Shown: positions 19,464-29,622 of the stretch, piece by piece | How positions within the stretch are numbered: position 1 is the stretch's first letter | Layout of the letters: each line of letters starts with the position of its first letter | Assembly: GCA_963542585.1 (NCBI GenBank) | Contig: CAUTXA010000001.1 | Span: forward strand, 4,456 to 68,455 | Reading direction: 5' to 3' | From: an uncultured Candidatus Saccharibacteria bacterium | GTDB taxonomy: Bacteria > Patescibacteriota > Saccharimonadia > Saccharimonadales > Saccharimonadaceae | DNA length: 64,000 nt | Made by a program: the position numbers and the translations under genes | The notes under the pieces: generated by a model | What the model was told of the DNA's origin: nothing | The model's input: only the letters and a program-made list of their open reading frames with translations | Database searches by the model: none

Positions 19464-21308
19464 TTATTGATTGGGTGTGGTTGAGATTAGACGGGTTTCT
19501 GTCTCTGAAGCTAAGATCTGAATCATCACGTGGTTCTGCCCGGCGAAGAAGAGACCCTGCCCGACCGAGAAATTCGATAGTCGCTTTAGCTCCTCTTCCG
19601 TTAGCTTAAAGACTCGCCCTAAGACATCAATGGCTGTCGGTGATTGCTTCAGTAAGATCTGAATCGATGAGTTAGCGACGATCGCCTGGCCCATCGGTGA
19701 AGTGATGAAGTCACCCACGTCCTGAGTCACCGTAGTCAAGCCGAGGTTATACTTACGAGCTCGCTTAGCCAGCGAGAACATGAAGTTAGCACTGTCAGGG
19801 TATTTCATCAGCTGCCACGCCTCATCAACGATCAGAAAGCGTTTACGCTGGTATGAACGTACTTTACCCCAGATATGGTTCAGTACGATATACATCGCCA
19901 CCGGCCTAAGCTCATCCTCAAGGTCACGGATATTAAAGACTACCATGTGATTATTGATCGCTACGTTACTCTGCTGTGAAAAGATACCGGCAAATGTCCC
20001 TGTCGTATACTGACGCAGACGTTGAGCCAGCTCCGGACCGGTACCGCCCATATGGAGCAGAGTGTCCATTAAGTCAGACATGACGGGCGGGGTAGAGTTC
20101 TGGGTCAGCGGATCGGAAGTAATGCCGGCTCGAGCATAAGTATCGATCAGAGCCTGGTCAAGATCAGCCTCCTCCCTAGGAGTTAAGATATTAACTACCG
20201 TACCGTCTGAAGCTACCTGGCTTGAGCCCAACATCTGACGCAGTAAACCGTGTAGAGTAATCAGGTTAGCCCTGAGAGAATCGACTTCGTCACCGGCATT
20301 AACGTCATCTTGATCAATCACTCGAGGTAAGTCAAAGGGGTTAATCCTAGTCTCACTGCTGAGTGACAAGCGGATATACGAGCCGCCGACCGCCTCACAG
20401 AGCTTCTGATACTCGTTCTCCGGATCGATAATGATGATATCTACCCCCATCATCATTGACCGGAGCGCCTCCAGCTTGACAGTGAATGACTTACCTGAGC
20501 CGGATTTAGCAAAGACGACCATGTTGTAATTCTCTAAGCTGAACCGATCAAAGATGATCAGACCGTTGTTATGAAGATTAACTCCGTAAAAGATACCATT
20601 ATCCTGAGTCAAGTCGGCCGAAGTGAAGGGAAAGGTAGTCGATAAGGCACCGGTATCCATGTTGTGGCGGATCTGCAAATCATCAGTAAACTGCGGCACG
20701 GTCGAGTTGAGACCCTGCTCCTGCTGGGCGCTAGCCACCTTGGTCAGTACCATCTGCTGGCCCAGTAAGGTCTCAATCTTATGAGTGACGAAGGCAAGCT
20801 CACTCTCGCTCTTACATGACAGCGTCAAGTACAAGCCGAAGCGGAAGAACTTCTCTGACCCTACCTGAAGCTTGTCTCGCAGCTCTTCCGCATCTTGGTA
20901 CGATGCCTGCATAGCCGGATCACGCACCATGCCTTTCTCGGCATTGATCTGCATCGACGCTTCAAGCTGAGTCACTTTGCGCTGTAGATTCTCCATGACT
21001 ACCCGGGAGTCAACCGGATAGATAAACATCGAGATATCCAGGACTTCGTCAAGATTAATGATCGATGACAGCCAGCCGGTATAAATAGACCGGGGGTATC
21101 CGTAGACATAGAGAGTCCGGCAGAAACGGGTACCCAGGTTAAAGTAATTAGACTTGAACTCCAGGCTAGCCGGAGCTACTAAGTCACGTAGAGTAGTAAT
21201 GCCTTTTTGCAGGACACTCTCTACTTCGGAAGCCTCTCGAGCCTGCTGTTGAGCTAACAGGCTGGCCTGTTGCTGCTGGGCTTTCTTCTTATTCCGGTCT
21301 CTGCTCAT
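19464..21308 (-). CDS. virB4: VirB4-like T4SS ATPase
   Basis: FAKSGSGKS (Walker A), IIDPENEY, INPFD, IVDEAW, KRARKY, TQDV. Confidence 0.9.
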   Translation of the reverse strand: MSRDRNKKKAQQQQASLLAQQQAREASEVESVLQKGITTLRDLVAPASLEFKSNYFNLGTRFCRTLYVYGYPRSIYTGWLSSIINLDEVLDISMFIYPVDSRVVMENLQRKVTQLEASMQINAEKGMVRDPAMQASYQDAEELRDKLQVGSEKFFRFGLYLTLSCKSESELAFVTHKIETLLGQQMVLTKVASAQQEQGLNSTVPQFTDDLQIRHNMDTGALSTTFPFTSADLTQDNGIFYGVNLHNNGLIIFDRFSLENYNMVVFAKSGSGKSFTVKLEALRSMMMGVDIIIIDPENEYQKLCEAVGGSYIRLSLSSETRINPFDLPRVIDQDDVNAGDEVDSLRANLITLHGLLRQMLGSSQVASDGTVVNILTPREEADLDQALIDTYARAGITSDPLTQNSTPPVMSDLMDTLLHMGGTGPELAQRLRQYTTGTFAGIFSQQSNVAINNHMVVFNIRDLEDELRPVAMYIVLNHIWGKVRSYQRKRFLIVDEAWQLMKYPDSANFMFSLAKRARKYNLGLTTVTQDVGDFITSPMGQAIVANSSIQILLKQSPTAIDVLGRVFKLTEEELKRLSNFSVGQGLFFAGQNHVMIQILASETETRLISTTPNQ

Positions 21309-22122
21309 CGTACATCGTACCTACTAGATTAAGTTTAGCTTCGCCCTGACCTTTCTGAACTACGTCGCCCAGATACTGTCGAAAGTCACCAATCGGCTGG
21401 CGTAGAGCAGTGTCGGGGTTATAAACATTGTAATAAAGCTCACCCAGTTCCTTAGTATTTAATCGGACCGACTTAACACCGGTCTGGCGTAACCCACCGA
21501 TCACTGCCGTCACTCGGTTATTAAGCTCACTCTTCGCCTTGGCATATTGATCAGCCGGAATCTTGACATAGATATGGGTATCGTTGCTGCTGAACATCTT
21601 AGCGATGAGCCCCTTGTTACTGGATGAGTCACCAATCCGCTGCTTACCCTCACTGGTGTCGTAAGGGATGATCACAAAGAAACTCTTATCCATGATATTC
21701 GCCTCCTTGGAAATAGCGTTAATAAACCGGATGTAATCATCCATTAGGACGCCGAGGAGCATGTTGTCTTGGCGTTGACGCACCTGAGAGAGCTTGTTTA
21801 GATACGGACCAATATCAACCCGCTCCGAACGAATATAGATCTGGATCGGGAAGTTAAGCGCATTAATGAAGTCCTGGTAGGCATACTCGATACTCTCACG
21901 CTCTTTAGCGCTAACCAAGTCAAAGTTGATGGAATGAGCCGCTACCACCGCTCGGAAGGACCCGTCACTCATGATCACCATATCATCCCTCAGCTCACTA
22001 AACCTCAGGGCATTCTGGGTGGAATTAGGATGCTTGGGCTTAACCGTCTGAGGCATACTAACCCCACCTCTAGCACTAGGCTGAGGCTGATTTGGTATCG
22101 GTTGATTCGTGTTTGGCTGCAT
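21289..22122 (-). CDS. T4SS-associated protein of the prgI/virB4 cluster
   Basis: NSTQNAL..SELRD....DG, INFDL.S..E, FINALNFPIQI; overlaps the virB4 start. Confidence 0.75.
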   Translation of the reverse strand: MQPNTNQPIPNQPQPSARGGVSMPQTVKPKHPNSTQNALRFSELRDDMVIMSDGSFRAVVAAHSINFDLVSAKERESIEYAYQDFINALNFPIQIYIRSERVDIGPYLNKLSQVRQRQDNMLLGVLMDDYIRFINAISKEANIMDKSFFVIIPYDTSEGKQRIGDSSSNKGLIAKMFSSNDTHIYVKIPADQYAKAKSELNNRVTAVIGGLRQTGVKSVRLNTKELGELYYNVYNPDTALRQPIGDFRQYLGDVVQKGQGEAKLNLVGTMYDEQRPE

Positions 22123-22133
22123 ATACTCCCACT

Positions 22134-23312
22134 CTAGTGTAATCTGATATCGATCGTCCCCGGCTTCGGTTTCTCGGCAGGCGGATTAGGCTTAGCTGCC
22201 GGCGGTGGAGATGATGGTGATATCCTTTGATCCATTATAGCAGGCTTAGCCGGGATTGGGCTAGATGCCGTAGCTGCTTCCGGTGCCGGATTGGTCGACT
22301 GGACTTGACGCACCCGAGGAACGATCGGGTGGAACTGCGGACCGGTTGCGACCGGGTCTACCAGTGGCTGAACCGGCTGAGACAGTGGGGGCTGCGGCTG
22401 CACCGAAGGCGAGATCGGCTGAGACTGCTGAGGCGCCATTGGCACCGGCTGCTGAACCGGCATCATAGGCTGCTGAGGTATTTGATACTGAGCTTGGCCG
22501 GGATTAGGAGTCGGTGTCGCCATGACCGGATTAACAGGTAGCTGATAGGTAGCATTAGCGACCGGCTGAGCAGGTGGGGCAGTCTGGCGGATGGGGTGAT
22601 TGATTAGCTGAGGAATCGGCTGCTGAGTGGCCGGTCGAGTAGGGGGAGCCGGCATCACCGGCATGGTAGCAGTCTGTTGTAGTTTAGAAGCAGCCTGCTT
22701 AGCTAACACTTGATTGGTCGCTACTTGTTTCATCAGATTGATCGCCCGGTTGCGAGCCTCAACCTCTGATTGATCGAGCTTCCGCTCCAGCGACTCCGAC
22801 ACATTACCTTCCTCCAGTATGTCAGGGGTATTGCTGACACTGGAGGCAATATCGTCGTTGAGGTTAGTATTATTGACCGGTACGCCCATACCCCTGGTTG
22901 ACCAACCCTGTGTATCGGATAGTTTAGCCAGGAAGGACAGCCGCTGTGATACTTCTTCACCGGCCAGATCCTTGGTCTTCGGGCTGGTATCAACTATCGG
23001 CGCACTGATCTCGACAGTTGACTTCTCGCCATCTGCCTGCCAGACCTTTAACCGGGGGGCAAAAGCATAGCGGACTAATGCCGCCACATAGACCTCAGTC
23101 GGCTGATCTTTACGCAGGGGAAGAGCGATCACCAGGAAAAAGAGACTAAACGGAGCCGGTATCAGAGCTAACGGAATTGAGATCCTACCTAAGAAAAAAG
23201 CGACGAAACCGGCCCCCAGAGCGACTAATAGGAACATAAATTGACGAAAGCTAAATGGACCGATCAGCTTATCCTCGGCCTCAACGTCCTGCGGAACTTT
23301 ATGTTCTGCCAT
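22134..23312 (-). CDS. prgI: PrgI family (VirB3-like) protein with long Pro/Gln-rich tail
   Basis: KVPQDVEAEDKLIGPFSFRQF followed by two TM helices; ATG 23312 lies 7 nt after TGCTATAAT. Confidence 0.85.
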   Translation of the reverse strand: MAEHKVPQDVEAEDKLIGPFSFRQFMFLLVALGAGFVAFFLGRISIPLALIPAPFSLFFLVIALPLRKDQPTEVYVAALVRYAFAPRLKVWQADGEKSTVEISAPIVDTSPKTKDLAGEEVSQRLSFLAKLSDTQGWSTRGMGVPVNNTNLNDDIASSVSNTPDILEEGNVSESLERKLDQSEVEARNRAINLMKQVATNQVLAKQAASKLQQTATMPVMPAPPTRPATQQPIPQLINHPIRQTAPPAQPVANATYQLPVNPVMATPTPNPGQAQYQIPQQPMMPVQQPVPMAPQQSQPISPSVQPQPPLSQPVQPLVDPVATGPQFHPIVPRVRQVQSTNPAPEAATASSPIPAKPAIMDQRISPSSPPPAAKPNPPAEKPKPGTIDIRLH

Positions 23313-23412
23313 GAGCATTATTATAGCACAGCGATATATCAAACATAATCATTTTTAAGGGGTCAGTATTTGCTATCAGGCGATTTGACATGTATTATAT
23401 TAGATAGTGGTA

Positions 23413-24279
23413 ATGAGACATGAAGTGAGTAATGACAGCCACCCCGAGCGGGTGTTTTTTGCTCGTGTCTCGACCGGTGATAGCCAGACGCCGGTTATCT
23501 CGTTACGACGAGCCACTAAGACATTCGGCTTCGACGACTCAGCTACTGACGCCATCGTCAGTATCAATCTGGAGATCCAGCGAGGCGAGTTCGTCGCCAT
23601 CATGGGTCCGAGTGGCTGCGGCAAGACAACTCTGCTGAATATCCTGGGGCTACTTGATCAGCCCACCATCGGTCGCTACCTATTTAACGGTAGAGATGTC
23701 GGTAAGTTTAGCAGCAGTCGTAAAGCCAGGATTCGTAATCGAGAGATCGGTTTTATCTTTCAGAACTTTAATTTAGTGACTAATATGACCGTACTGGATA
23801 ACGTCGTCTTGCCACTGACTTACCGGCACGGCTGGAATTACAAGAATCTGGAGAAGGCCAGCCAGCTACTGGATGCTATCGGACTGAAGAATCGGGAATA
23901 TTTCAAGCCTAACCAACTTTCCGGTGGTCAGATGCAACGGGTAGCCATCGCCAGGGCCTTGATCAGTCGCCCCTCAATTATCTTAGCTGACGAGCCGACC
24001 GGCAATCTGGATAGTAATAACAGCCGGGTCATCATGGACTTACTGACTGAACTCCACAAGAAAGGTAACACCATCCTGATGGTGACTCATAATCCCGAAC
24101 TGCTAAAGTTTGCTTCCAGGGTAATCTATATGAGAGATGGTCAGATCGAGCGGGATGAAGAGCTGACTGAGACCAAGGCCTTTAAGGTAACCAAACGAAC
24201 TATCTCCAACCGGCAGAAAAAAGCGACTAATTCGCTGAAGCGACAGAAACGTCTAACCAGAGTGAGGCGACACAAATGA
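23413..24279 (+). CDS. ABC transporter ATP-binding protein (MacB/LolD type)
   Basis: GPSGCGKT, GFIFQNFNL, LSGGQMQRVAIARAL, ILADEPTGNLD, MVTH; start uncertain. Confidence 0.92.
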   Translation: MRHEVSNDSHPERVFFARVSTGDSQTPVISLRRATKTFGFDDSATDAIVSINLEIQRGEFVAIMGPSGCGKTTLLNILGLLDQPTIGRYLFNGRDVGKFSSSRKARIRNREIGFIFQNFNLVTNMTVLDNVVLPLTYRHGWNYKNLEKASQLLDAIGLKNREYFKPNQLSGGQMQRVAIARALISRPSIILADEPTGNLDSNNSRVIMDLLTELHKKGNTILMVTHNPELLKFASRVIYMRDGQIERDEELTETKAFKVTKRTISNRQKKATNSLKRQKRLTRVRRHK

Positions 24280-25466
24280 ACTTAGCTCTTCACCTAGCTA
24301 AAGATAGCCTGCGTCATCACCGCTTACGAGTAAGATTATCGATGATCGGCATCATCATCAGTGTCTTCATCATTTCACTAGTCATCATCATTAGCGATAG
24401 TGTCAAGCTTAGCTTTTACCATCAGCTGGAGCGGATAGATAAGAGATCAATTATCATCAGCGGAGCTAGAGATAGCGGACTGATCAATCTACCTTTTAGC
24501 ACCCCTAGAGACACCTTACGTAATACCGATATCAAGCAAATCAGCAAGATCTTACCTAAGAGCTCCGCCATTCATAGTACGCTGATTACTTCGGGCGGTA
24601 TTCAATTCGGTAAGACGAAAGTCACCAGCCAAATCATTGCTACTTCGGTGACTAACCCGGCCAACTTAGAACTCCACATGCTCAACGGTAGTTGGTTTGA
24701 AGACGAGAAAGATAAGAACCTGGTTATCCTGGGCGAAGGCTTGGCAAATCAGTTGCTCGGTACTAATCAAGCTCGCAGCCAGGTCATTACTATCAAGGGA
24801 CAACGCTTCACGGTCATCGGGATAATCCGCCGGACCAACCAGGCCTTATCTATCCGAGGCTATAATACCGATTATTCCGCCTACATTTCCCTAGACAACG
24901 GTCAACGCCTGATTCGGAGTGATAACGTCAGTCAGATCATCGTCACTAAAATTAGCAAAATAGATCAGACTAAGACCAAGCTGAGCCAAATCTTGACTCA
25001 CCAGCATGCCGACAGTAGCGACTATTCAATTACCAGCGGCGAAAATATCTCAGCTAAGATGAATGATCTGGTCCGAATACTGGTTATGTCGTCACTCGGT
25101 ATCACCAGTCTGATCCTCCTGATCAGTAGCATTAGTCTAGCTAATATCATGTTGGTCGGGGTAATCGAACGTCAACGAGAAATCGGCATCCGTAAAGCAG
25201 TCGGTGCTAATACTAGAGATATCGTCAGTCAATTCTTAGCTGAAGCCCTAATCATCTCTCTGAGAGGCGGGCTAGTCGGACTACTGCTAGCTTATATCGT
25301 CGCCTCTATCTACCTGCTCACTCACTCGATGATGATCAGCTTCAGCCCGCTAGCCATCATACTTGGACTAGTCGTACCGACAGTGACCGGTCTGATCGCC
25401 GGCGTTTACCCTGCCTATAAAGCATCAAAACAAGACATCATCTCCGCCCTTAATCAGCTAACCTAG
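24276..25466 (+). CDS. ABC transporter permease (MacB/FtsX type)
   Basis: NIMLVGVIERQREIGIRKAVGA...QFLAEA, GVYPAYKAS; ATGA overlap with the ATPase gene. Confidence 0.9.
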   Translation: MNLALHLAKDSLRHHRLRVRLSMIGIIISVFIISLVIIISDSVKLSFYHQLERIDKRSIIISGARDSGLINLPFSTPRDTLRNTDIKQISKILPKSSAIHSTLITSGGIQFGKTKVTSQIIATSVTNPANLELHMLNGSWFEDEKDKNLVILGEGLANQLLGTNQARSQVITIKGQRFTVIGIIRRTNQALSIRGYNTDYSAYISLDNGQRLIRSDNVSQIIVTKISKIDQTKTKLSQILTHQHADSSDYSITSGENISAKMNDLVRILVMSSLGITSLILLISSISLANIMLVGVIERQREIGIRKAVGANTRDIVSQFLAEALIISLRGGLVGLLLAYIVASIYLLTHSMMISFSPLAIILGLVVPTVTGLIAGVYPAYKASKQDIISALNQLT

Positions 25467-26477
25467 CCGGATAGAGTGGTGGTCACCCTGATAATCGAGA
25501 GTCGTAGCGATGGTATGACTCTGAAAGCTAGGTAAATCATAGAGGTTGATCCGGCGACTATAGTCGAGCTCGCTATCAATGTCGTCAAGTAGGACCACCA
25601 CCTGATCACCATACTGTTGACGAGCCAGCTTAGTGATGATGCTAAGCAAGGCAAAGATTATCGTCCGGTTCTCACCTCGACTCGCTACTGATTTTGCCTC
25701 ACTATCACCAAAAATAAATTTGTAGTCGTCTTTCTGAGCACCGATAGTGGTCAAGCGATCACGAGAACCGGTCAGTCGGTGCATAATCGCCTGGCTAGTC
25801 ATTGGTGCTCCCGGGCTAAATCTCAGCTGAACCATCTGATTCGACCCGGCGATTTGCTGATATTCTGCCGACAACATCTCACTGATGACTTGTAAATATT
25901 GACGACGTCGTTGAGAGATAGTGCTACTGAGATCGCTGAATTGAATATCCCAGATCATCAGCTCCTCGGCAGAATAGTCATCTTGTTTCAGTAGAATATT
26001 CCGTTGCCTGAGCACTCGGCTAAACTTATTCAGTTCTCGCTGGTGGGTAGGCTCAAGCTGGGCGATGAAACGATCGATGAATTGACGACGCCTGGTGGGG
26101 GAGCCGTAGAGTAGCTGCATATCACCCGGCTCAAATAGTATCACCGGTACCTTCGTCGCTTGCGGCAACCTACAGTACGTCCGATCATTGACTGTAAAGG
26201 ACTTCTGACCCGACTGATATTTGATCGTTCTGGTAGTTTCTTTAGTCTGATCGGTTAAATCAACTCGCCACCAGTCGGAGGATTGATGGTTAGCCTGACG
26301 ACGAATCTGATCGAAGTTTGACCGCCAGCTTTTCCCTTGATAGGCCAGGTATATCGCCTCGATAAGCGAAGTTTTACCACTACCGTTCGGTCCGGTGATG
26401 ATCGTTAATTCGCTCGGCAGCTCAACCTGATAGTCTTGATGACAACGAAAGTTCTGCAGGCGTAGAAGGTGAGACAT
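25458..26477 (-). CDS. recF: DNA replication/repair protein RecF
   Basis: LQNFR, GPNGSGKTS, GSPTRRRQF.D, SRGE.R, LLDDIDSELD; downstream of dnaN. Confidence 0.92.
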   Translation of the reverse strand: MSHLLRLQNFRCHQDYQVELPSELTIITGPNGSGKTSLIEAIYLAYQGKSWRSNFDQIRRQANHQSSDWWRVDLTDQTKETTRTIKYQSGQKSFTVNDRTYCRLPQATKVPVILFEPGDMQLLYGSPTRRRQFIDRFIAQLEPTHQRELNKFSRVLRQRNILLKQDDYSAEELMIWDIQFSDLSSTISQRRRQYLQVISEMLSAEYQQIAGSNQMVQLRFSPGAPMTSQAIMHRLTGSRDRLTTIGAQKDDYKFIFGDSEAKSVASRGENRTIIFALLSIITKLARQQYGDQVVVLLDDIDSELDYSRRINLYDLPSFQSHTIATTLDYQGDHHSIRLG

Positions 26478-27575
26478 CTATGACTTAACCGGCATTATGA
26501 TATGACGATAATCCGGTTTTTCTCCCAGCAGAAGTACCGGCGCCAGCTTACCGTTAAACATGATCCGGACTTTATCTCCCTCCAGACAATTCAGAGCATC
26601 TAATAAAAATTTAGAGTTGAGGCTGACCATACACGGCTCAGTTCCTTTCGCTACGATATCCGCTTCAATCGACGAAGTGTTATCGCCGAGCTGAGAAGTA
26701 ATGGAGCGAACACTCAAGAGTTTATCAGTAGGATTACCCTCGATAATGATCGACCCGGCGCTCTCTCGAGCGAACAACTCGGCTACCTTGACTATCTTAA
26801 TGAACTCCGCTCGCTCTACCGTTATCTGGTAATTCGTCTCCGTCGGGATAAGCTGTCGGTAGTCGATGAACTTACCATCTATCAAGCGTGAAGTAACCGA
26901 GACATTATCAAGCAGGAAAGTAATCTGATCGTCCTTATACTTCACCTCTACTTCAGTCAGATCACCCAGTAAGCGCACCACTTCAGCCAGAGTACTACTG
27001 GGGATGATCGCCGAGACATCCTGCTTAGACTCGGTCAACTGCGACTCAGCCAAGCGATAACCGTCGGTCGCCACCATATAGAGCTGACCATCCCGTGAGT
27101 ATAGATAGACACCGGTCAAGATTGGTCTGGTAGTATCGTTACTTGACACCAGCGCTGTCCGACTAATCGATTTCTTCAGCTCTTCGGCAGAGACTTTCAG
27201 CTTATCTTTCTCATCCGACTCAGGTAAAGCCGGGTAGTCATCAGCTAAGATTGAGTTGATGGTCGACTTGAACCCTTCGGTGCTGACCTTTAGCTTCGAT
27301 TCATCCGTCTCTAGGGTAATATTAGTGTGCGGTAGATTACTGATAAAATCAGTTAACAGACGAGCCGGTACAGTGATCGCTCCCTGCTCTTTAACTTGCG
27401 CCCCGATGACGGAGATAATCGCTACTTCGAGATTGGTAGCGGCAATAGTTAGTTTGTTCTGATCAGTTCGCAGCAGGATATTGGCTAAGATTGGCATACC
27501 GGCTTTGGCTGTGGCGACTCGGCCAACGGCATTTAGCGCCTTAGCTAGATTGTCCTGTTTGACAGTTAGTTTCAT
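26478..27575 (-). CDS. dnaN: DNA polymerase III beta clamp
   Basis: ATNLE, TRPILTGV, VATDGYRL, SRLIDGKF.DY, IIMPV. Confidence 0.98.
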   Translation of the reverse strand: MKLTVKQDNLAKALNAVGRVATAKAGMPILANILLRTDQNKLTIAATNLEVAIISVIGAQVKEQGAITVPARLLTDFISNLPHTNITLETDESKLKVSTEGFKSTINSILADDYPALPESDEKDKLKVSAEELKKSISRTALVSSNDTTRPILTGVYLYSRDGQLYMVATDGYRLAESQLTESKQDVSAIIPSSTLAEVVRLLGDLTEVEVKYKDDQITFLLDNVSVTSRLIDGKFIDYRQLIPTETNYQITVERAEFIKIVKVAELFARESAGSIIIEGNPTDKLLSVRSITSQLGDNTSSIEADIVAKGTEPCMVSLNSKFLLDALNCLEGDKVRIMFNGKLAPVLLLGEKPDYRHIIMPVKS

Positions 27576-27836
27576 GATCCCTCCTTAATTAAATATATCT
27601 TACTCATCATCATAAGGTATGTGGATAAAGTGGAAAACCGCTCCGCTATACCTGGTCGATAGCCGCTAGGCGATAGTGGATAAAATGGGGGATAGATAGT
27701 GTAGAAAGCAGGAAAAGTGGGGGTGCTTTTACACACCGGATCCAAAATATGGCTTGGCACCGAATAATGTGATAAACCATCGTCAGGTTGCGATACCGTA
27801 AAAACACAGCTTAGTCGCAGTATATCCACAGCCCGG
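27576..27836. other. oriC, dnaA-dnaN intergenic part with DnaA boxes and putative unwinding element
   Basis: Perfect TGTGGATAA at 27620-27628; near matches at 27629-27637, 27675-27683 and 27822-27830; adjacent CATCATCAT trimers and an AT-rich tract toward dnaN. Confidence 0.85.
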
Positions 27837-29231
27837 CTAAGCATAGAGCCTATCCTTAATATCGTTAACTTTCTCTCTGATCATAGCGTCAAACTTGAGC
27901 TGCTTTTCGATCTTATTAATCGAATGCATGGCGGTAGTGTGGTCTTTGCGACCTAATTCCCTGGTAATCTGAGGATAGCTCATGTGGAGTTCACTGCGCA
28001 GCAAATACATGGCGATCTGACGTGGTACGATGATGTATTGGCTGCGGGAAGCTGATTTGATCTCGCTAGTTTTAATCTCGAAATACTTAGCTGTCTTCTC
28101 AATGATCTGACGGGCGGTAATATGACGGGTTTGGCTGGGACGGGCACTGGCCAGTACTTCGGTGGCGAAATCGACCGTCGGGATGACGTTGCGCATCTCA
28201 GCGTAAGCCATTACTTGATTAAGCACACCCTCCAGCTCACGAATATTAGTCTTGACCGTCCGAGCGATATATTCGGCTGTTCCGGCCGGTAACTCAATCG
28301 CCGAGTTCAACAGAGCTTTAGTCTTGATAATAGCGACTCTGGTCTCGTAGTCGGGCAGGCTAACGTCAATATTCATCCCCATCTGGAAGCGACTCTTTAG
28401 TCGGTCGGTCAGAGTGGGGATGATAGCCGGTGGACGGTCAGAACTGATGATGATTTGCCTGTTAGCTTGGTAGAGAGCATTAAATGTGTTAAAGAAGGCT
28501 TCCTGGGTCTTGTCTTTACCACTGATAAATTGGATATCATCAATGATGAGAACATCTAGATTGCGATACTTATCAGTAAACTCCTGTGATGACTTGTTAG
28601 TAATGTGGTAGATATAGTCATTAGTGAATTCCTCAGTGGTAACGTAAAGTACTCGCTTGTCACTAAAGTGCTCTAGGATGGCATTACCGATAGCTTGAAT
28701 CAGATGAGTCTTACCCAGACCGGCACCGCCGTAGATAAAAATGGGGTTATATTTCTCGCCGGGCTTCTTGGCGGCGGCTTGGGCGGCGGCATAGGCCAGC
28801 TCATTACATGAACCAACGATGAAATTGGTAAAAGAATATTTTTTATTTAAGTGGCTATCGAAGGCGGTAGTAGTGTCGGTCTTGGGCTGATCATCGATCA
28901 CCACCACGCTATCCTCACGACGTTTGAGATTTTTCGAGCTGGTTACGAAATCCACCCTGGGGGAGCTGGCGCCATTTTTCTTAAGTAACTCTCGGACATC
29001 GTCCTCGTACTTCTTCTCGAATTGGCTTTTAGCAAAGATATTTTTAACTTCGACCGTGTAAACATTGTTGCTCACATTGATCAGCTTGGTCGGCTTCCAG
29101 AAAGTGTCAAACATAGTGCCGAAACGGCCGGATAGGTCGGCGTCATTTAAGACTGTCTCCCAGAGAGATTTCATCTCACTGGCTGAGATGTCACTCTGCA
29201 CTACATCGTCCCCCTCACTTACTCCCTTCAT
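27837..29231 (-). CDS. dnaA: Chromosomal replication initiator DnaA
   Basis: YNPIFIYGGAGLGKTHL, IDDIQF, TQEAFF, NIRELEG, RKDHTT; true start may be GTG 29201. Confidence 0.99.
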   Translation of the reverse strand: MKGVSEGDDVVQSDISASEMKSLWETVLNDADLSGRFGTMFDTFWKPTKLINVSNNVYTVEVKNIFAKSQFEKKYEDDVRELLKKNGASSPRVDFVTSSKNLKRREDSVVVIDDQPKTDTTTAFDSHLNKKYSFTNFIVGSCNELAYAAAQAAAKKPGEKYNPIFIYGGAGLGKTHLIQAIGNAILEHFSDKRVLYVTTEEFTNDYIYHITNKSSQEFTDKYRNLDVLIIDDIQFISGKDKTQEAFFNTFNALYQANRQIIISSDRPPAIIPTLTDRLKSRFQMGMNIDVSLPDYETRVAIIKTKALLNSAIELPAGTAEYIARTVKTNIRELEGVLNQVMAYAEMRNVIPTVDFATEVLASARPSQTRHITARQIIEKTAKYFEIKTSEIKSASRSQYIIVPRQIAMYLLRSELHMSYPQITRELGRKDHTTAMHSINKIEKQLKFDAMIREKVNDIKDRLYA

Positions 29232-29258
29232 TAGCCTTTAGTCTAGCAAAATAGCTAG

Positions 29259-29361
29259 TTTTCCACAAGCAAAAAGTGATTCACACTTTGTCTATTTTGT
29301 CAACGTGTGGATAACTTGTGTTTTCCACAAGTATGAATATGGCACTAATATATGTGGAAAA
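29259..29361. promoter_or_regulatory. DnaA-box cluster upstream of dnaA (second oriC part or autoregulatory site)
   Basis: TTTTCCACA 29259, perfect TGTGGATAA 29306, TTTTCCACA 29321, TGTGGAAAA 29353. Confidence 0.85.
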
Positions 29362-29410
29362 CCGTCGATATTTGCTAAATATGAGCCTGATGTGATAACA
29401 TCTTATAGAT

Positions 29411-29548
29411 ATGCCAAAGAGAACATACCAACCGCACAAGCGAAGTCGAGCGAAAGTTCACGGCTTTCGGGCGCGAATGTCCAGCCGAGCCGGTCGATTA
29501 GTCTTGAAGCGTCGTCGTAATAAAAAGCGAGCTAAGATAGCTATCTAG
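29411..29548 (+). CDS. rpmH: 50S ribosomal protein L34 (absent from the ORF track)
   Basis: Translates [45 protein letters not shown]; divergent from dnaA. Confidence 0.97.
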   Translation: MPKRTYQPHKRSRAKVHGFRARMSSRAGRLVLKRRRNKKRAKIAI

Positions 29549-29569
29549 TCAATCTTCCGACTAATCCAT

Positions 29570-29596
29570 GAGGCTACTTGGGAGAGCCTCTTTTTT
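29570..29596 (+). terminator. Intrinsic terminator after rpmH
   Basis: GAGGCT-9 nt-AGCCTC followed by T6. Confidence 0.6.
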
Positions 29597-29622
29597 GTTA
29601 TTTGGTATACTGATGGTGATTT

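Noticed and set aside
27572..27844. 90-aa ORF between dnaA and dnaN, and the 71-aa ORF at 29305
   Set aside because: These overlap DnaA-box clusters or rpmH and are spurious.
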